Assembly: GCA_965197905.1 (NCBI GenBank)
Contig: CBDAOB010000004.1
Coordinates: 352,001-416,000 of the forward strand
Length of the DNA stretch: 64,000 nt
Direction: 5' to 3'
Source: Candidatus Latescibacterota bacterium
GTDB taxonomy: Bacteria > Latescibacterota > UBA2968 > UBA8231
The notes beneath the pieces were generated by a model. It searched no databases. It was given only the letters and a program-made list of their open reading frames with translations, and was not told where the DNA came from. The translations under genes and the position numbers were made by a program. This document shows, piece after piece, positions 62,746 to 64,000 of the stretch; the stretch's first letter is position 1, and each line of letters begins with the position of its first letter.

Positions 62746-62776
62746 AAGATAACCTTGGACCTAAGTCCAGAGTCAA
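62746..62776 (-). promoter_or_regulatory. MerR-type promoter/operator (19-bp spacer)
   Basis: TTGACT-ctggacttaggtccaaggt-TATCTT with TGGAC-N4-GTCCA dyad. Confidence 0.85.
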
Positions 62777-63009
62777 GGGCTCGTTCACAATTGGGCAAGC
62801 GCGCAATTGAGACGCATGTTGCGAGATCGCCTGCTGAAGCGAATGTGGTGTTGAAGGGCGGCTGGAGGAGCCTTGACGGTCGTGCCGTAAATTCGCCTGG
62901 CACGCGTGATTCAGAAGAGGGCGGGCTAGCTCACCGAGGAGATATTTCGACACGCGAATCCTGGTCTGATGCCCGCATGAATATGCGCTGCTCGTTTGCG
63001 CGTCAGGAT

Positions 63010-64000
63010 TCAACCAACGTTAAAGTGACCGACTTCACCTTGCATCTCTTGGGCAGCCGTGGTTAGATCGTCGAGGGCACGATTGGTCTCACGCAGGGAG
63101 GCGACCGTCTGATGAGCGGCTTCATCCAGTTGCACCATGGATTCACTTATCTGTTGGGCTCCCAACGACTGCGATTCCATGCCTTCCGCGACGGTATCAA
63201 AGAGGGGTCCCAACGACTGCACTTCTTCGATTATCTGCGCCAGCTGCGCGCTCACGTTGGAGACCTCTTGAACACCCTGGTCCACGTCCTGGCTGAATTT
63301 GTCCATGCTCATAACTCCGGTCGAAACGGCTTCTCGCATCTCCTTGACGGTCTGTTCGATATCCAGGGTTGCGACTGCCGTTTGGTCGGCCAGGCGGCGT
63401 ATTTCCCGAGCGACGACGGAAAATCCGGTGCCGAATTCGCCGGCTTTTTCCGCTTCAATCGCTGCGTTCAACGATAGGAGATTGGTCTGATCCGCCACTT
63501 TTGTAATGGTCGTCACGACGGACGTAATATTGGAGGCTTTTTCGTTGATGATACCTAATTTGGACGAAATAGACTGTGTCTCCTCCGCCATCTGATTCAT
63601 CGTTGCCTCCATCCGTGTCAGCCCTTGCTGGCTCGCATCGGCAGAGGTCGCGGTTTCGGCAGCTTTGCCTGACACATGGGTCATGGTGTTCATGAACTCG
63701 TGGGAGGTGGCAGAAATCTCTTTGCTCGTAGCCACGACTTCGTTGGTCGATGCCGCCTGCTCGCTGACCGTTGCTTCCAGTTGTTTTCCGGAAGCGGCTA
63801 TCTGCGTTACGGAGGAAGTAATCTGAATGCCTGAGCGCTGCACCTGTCCGATCAAGGAGCCCAGACTGCGAGCCATATTCTTGATAGCAACCAACAATTG
63901 TCCAAGCTCGTCACTCGAAGAGATTTCGATTTTGGCATTCAAATCGCCGTTGGCGATTTGCTCTGCAATTTCTACCGATCGTTGGACCGGTGCTATGATC
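63010..64000 (-). CDS. Methyl-accepting chemotaxis protein (WspA-like), 5' end outside window
   Basis: HAMP (IANGDL...DELGQL) and [40 protein letters not shown]. Confidence 0.93.
   Translation of the reverse strand, partial: IIAPVQRSVEIAEQIANGDLNAKIEISSSDELGQLLVAIKNMARSLGSLIGQVQRSGIQITSSVTQIAASGKQLEATVSEQAASTNEVVATSKEISATSHEFMNTMTHVSGKAAETATSADASQQGLTRMEATMNQMAEETQSISSKLGIINEKASNITSVVTTITKVADQTNLLSLNAAIEAEKAGEFGTGFSVVAREIRRLADQTAVATLDIEQTVKEMREAVSTGVMSMDKFSQDVDQGVQEVSNVSAQLAQIIEEVQSLGPLFDTVAEGMESQSLGAQQISESMVQLDEAAHQTVASLRETNRALDDLTTAAQEMQGEVGHFNVG

Noticed and set aside
62732..63013. 93-aa ORF between the MCP and merR
   Set aside because: No recognisable motif, and it runs across the MerR promoter
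34930..64000. attL/attR duplication of the tRNA-Val 3' end
   Set aside because: No convincing repeat found by eye and no integrase in the window
1..64000. CRISPR array, integron attC array, selenoprotein UGA readthrough
   Set aside because: No regularly spaced repeats; hairpin elements lack RYYYAAC/GTTRRRY ends; no TGA at a catalytic Cys position with a downstream SECIS noticed

Overview
GC-rich bacterial chromosome segment. The gene mix (DUF4159, DUF2723, FGE-sulfatase, FapA, propeller histidine kinases, long SppA) loosely suggests an FCB-group organism such as Latescibacterota; this is inference only. Part 1 (1-34951) is a dense, mostly housekeeping block: Fe-ADH, LarA-like isomerase, GNAT, ankyrin/DUF4159/FGE exported cluster, selB, tsaC/yciO, sppA, FIST, thpR, a tandem-fused double uvrA, a DUF2723/GT2/flippase/namZ operon, algH, dacA-like, rlmH and tRNA-Val(GAC). 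Part 2 (about 35000-64000) is a patchwork accessory region rich in signalling genes: four His kinases plus a truncated one, a TonB receptor with a YfiR-fused kinase, a response regulator with FapA, an MCP, and a mer-like metal operon with truncated merR, with many gene remnants. The most striking unexplained signal is a family of four 161-162 bp intergenic hairpin elements. They have four different terminal inverted repeats but one conserved, covarying, strand-asymmetric 52-53 nt core, and three sit directly behind TAG stop codons. No CRISPR array, rRNA, intact transposase or integrase was seen. Five single-base frameshifts in short homopolymers are probably assembly errors. All calls come from reading the sequence; no database searches were run.
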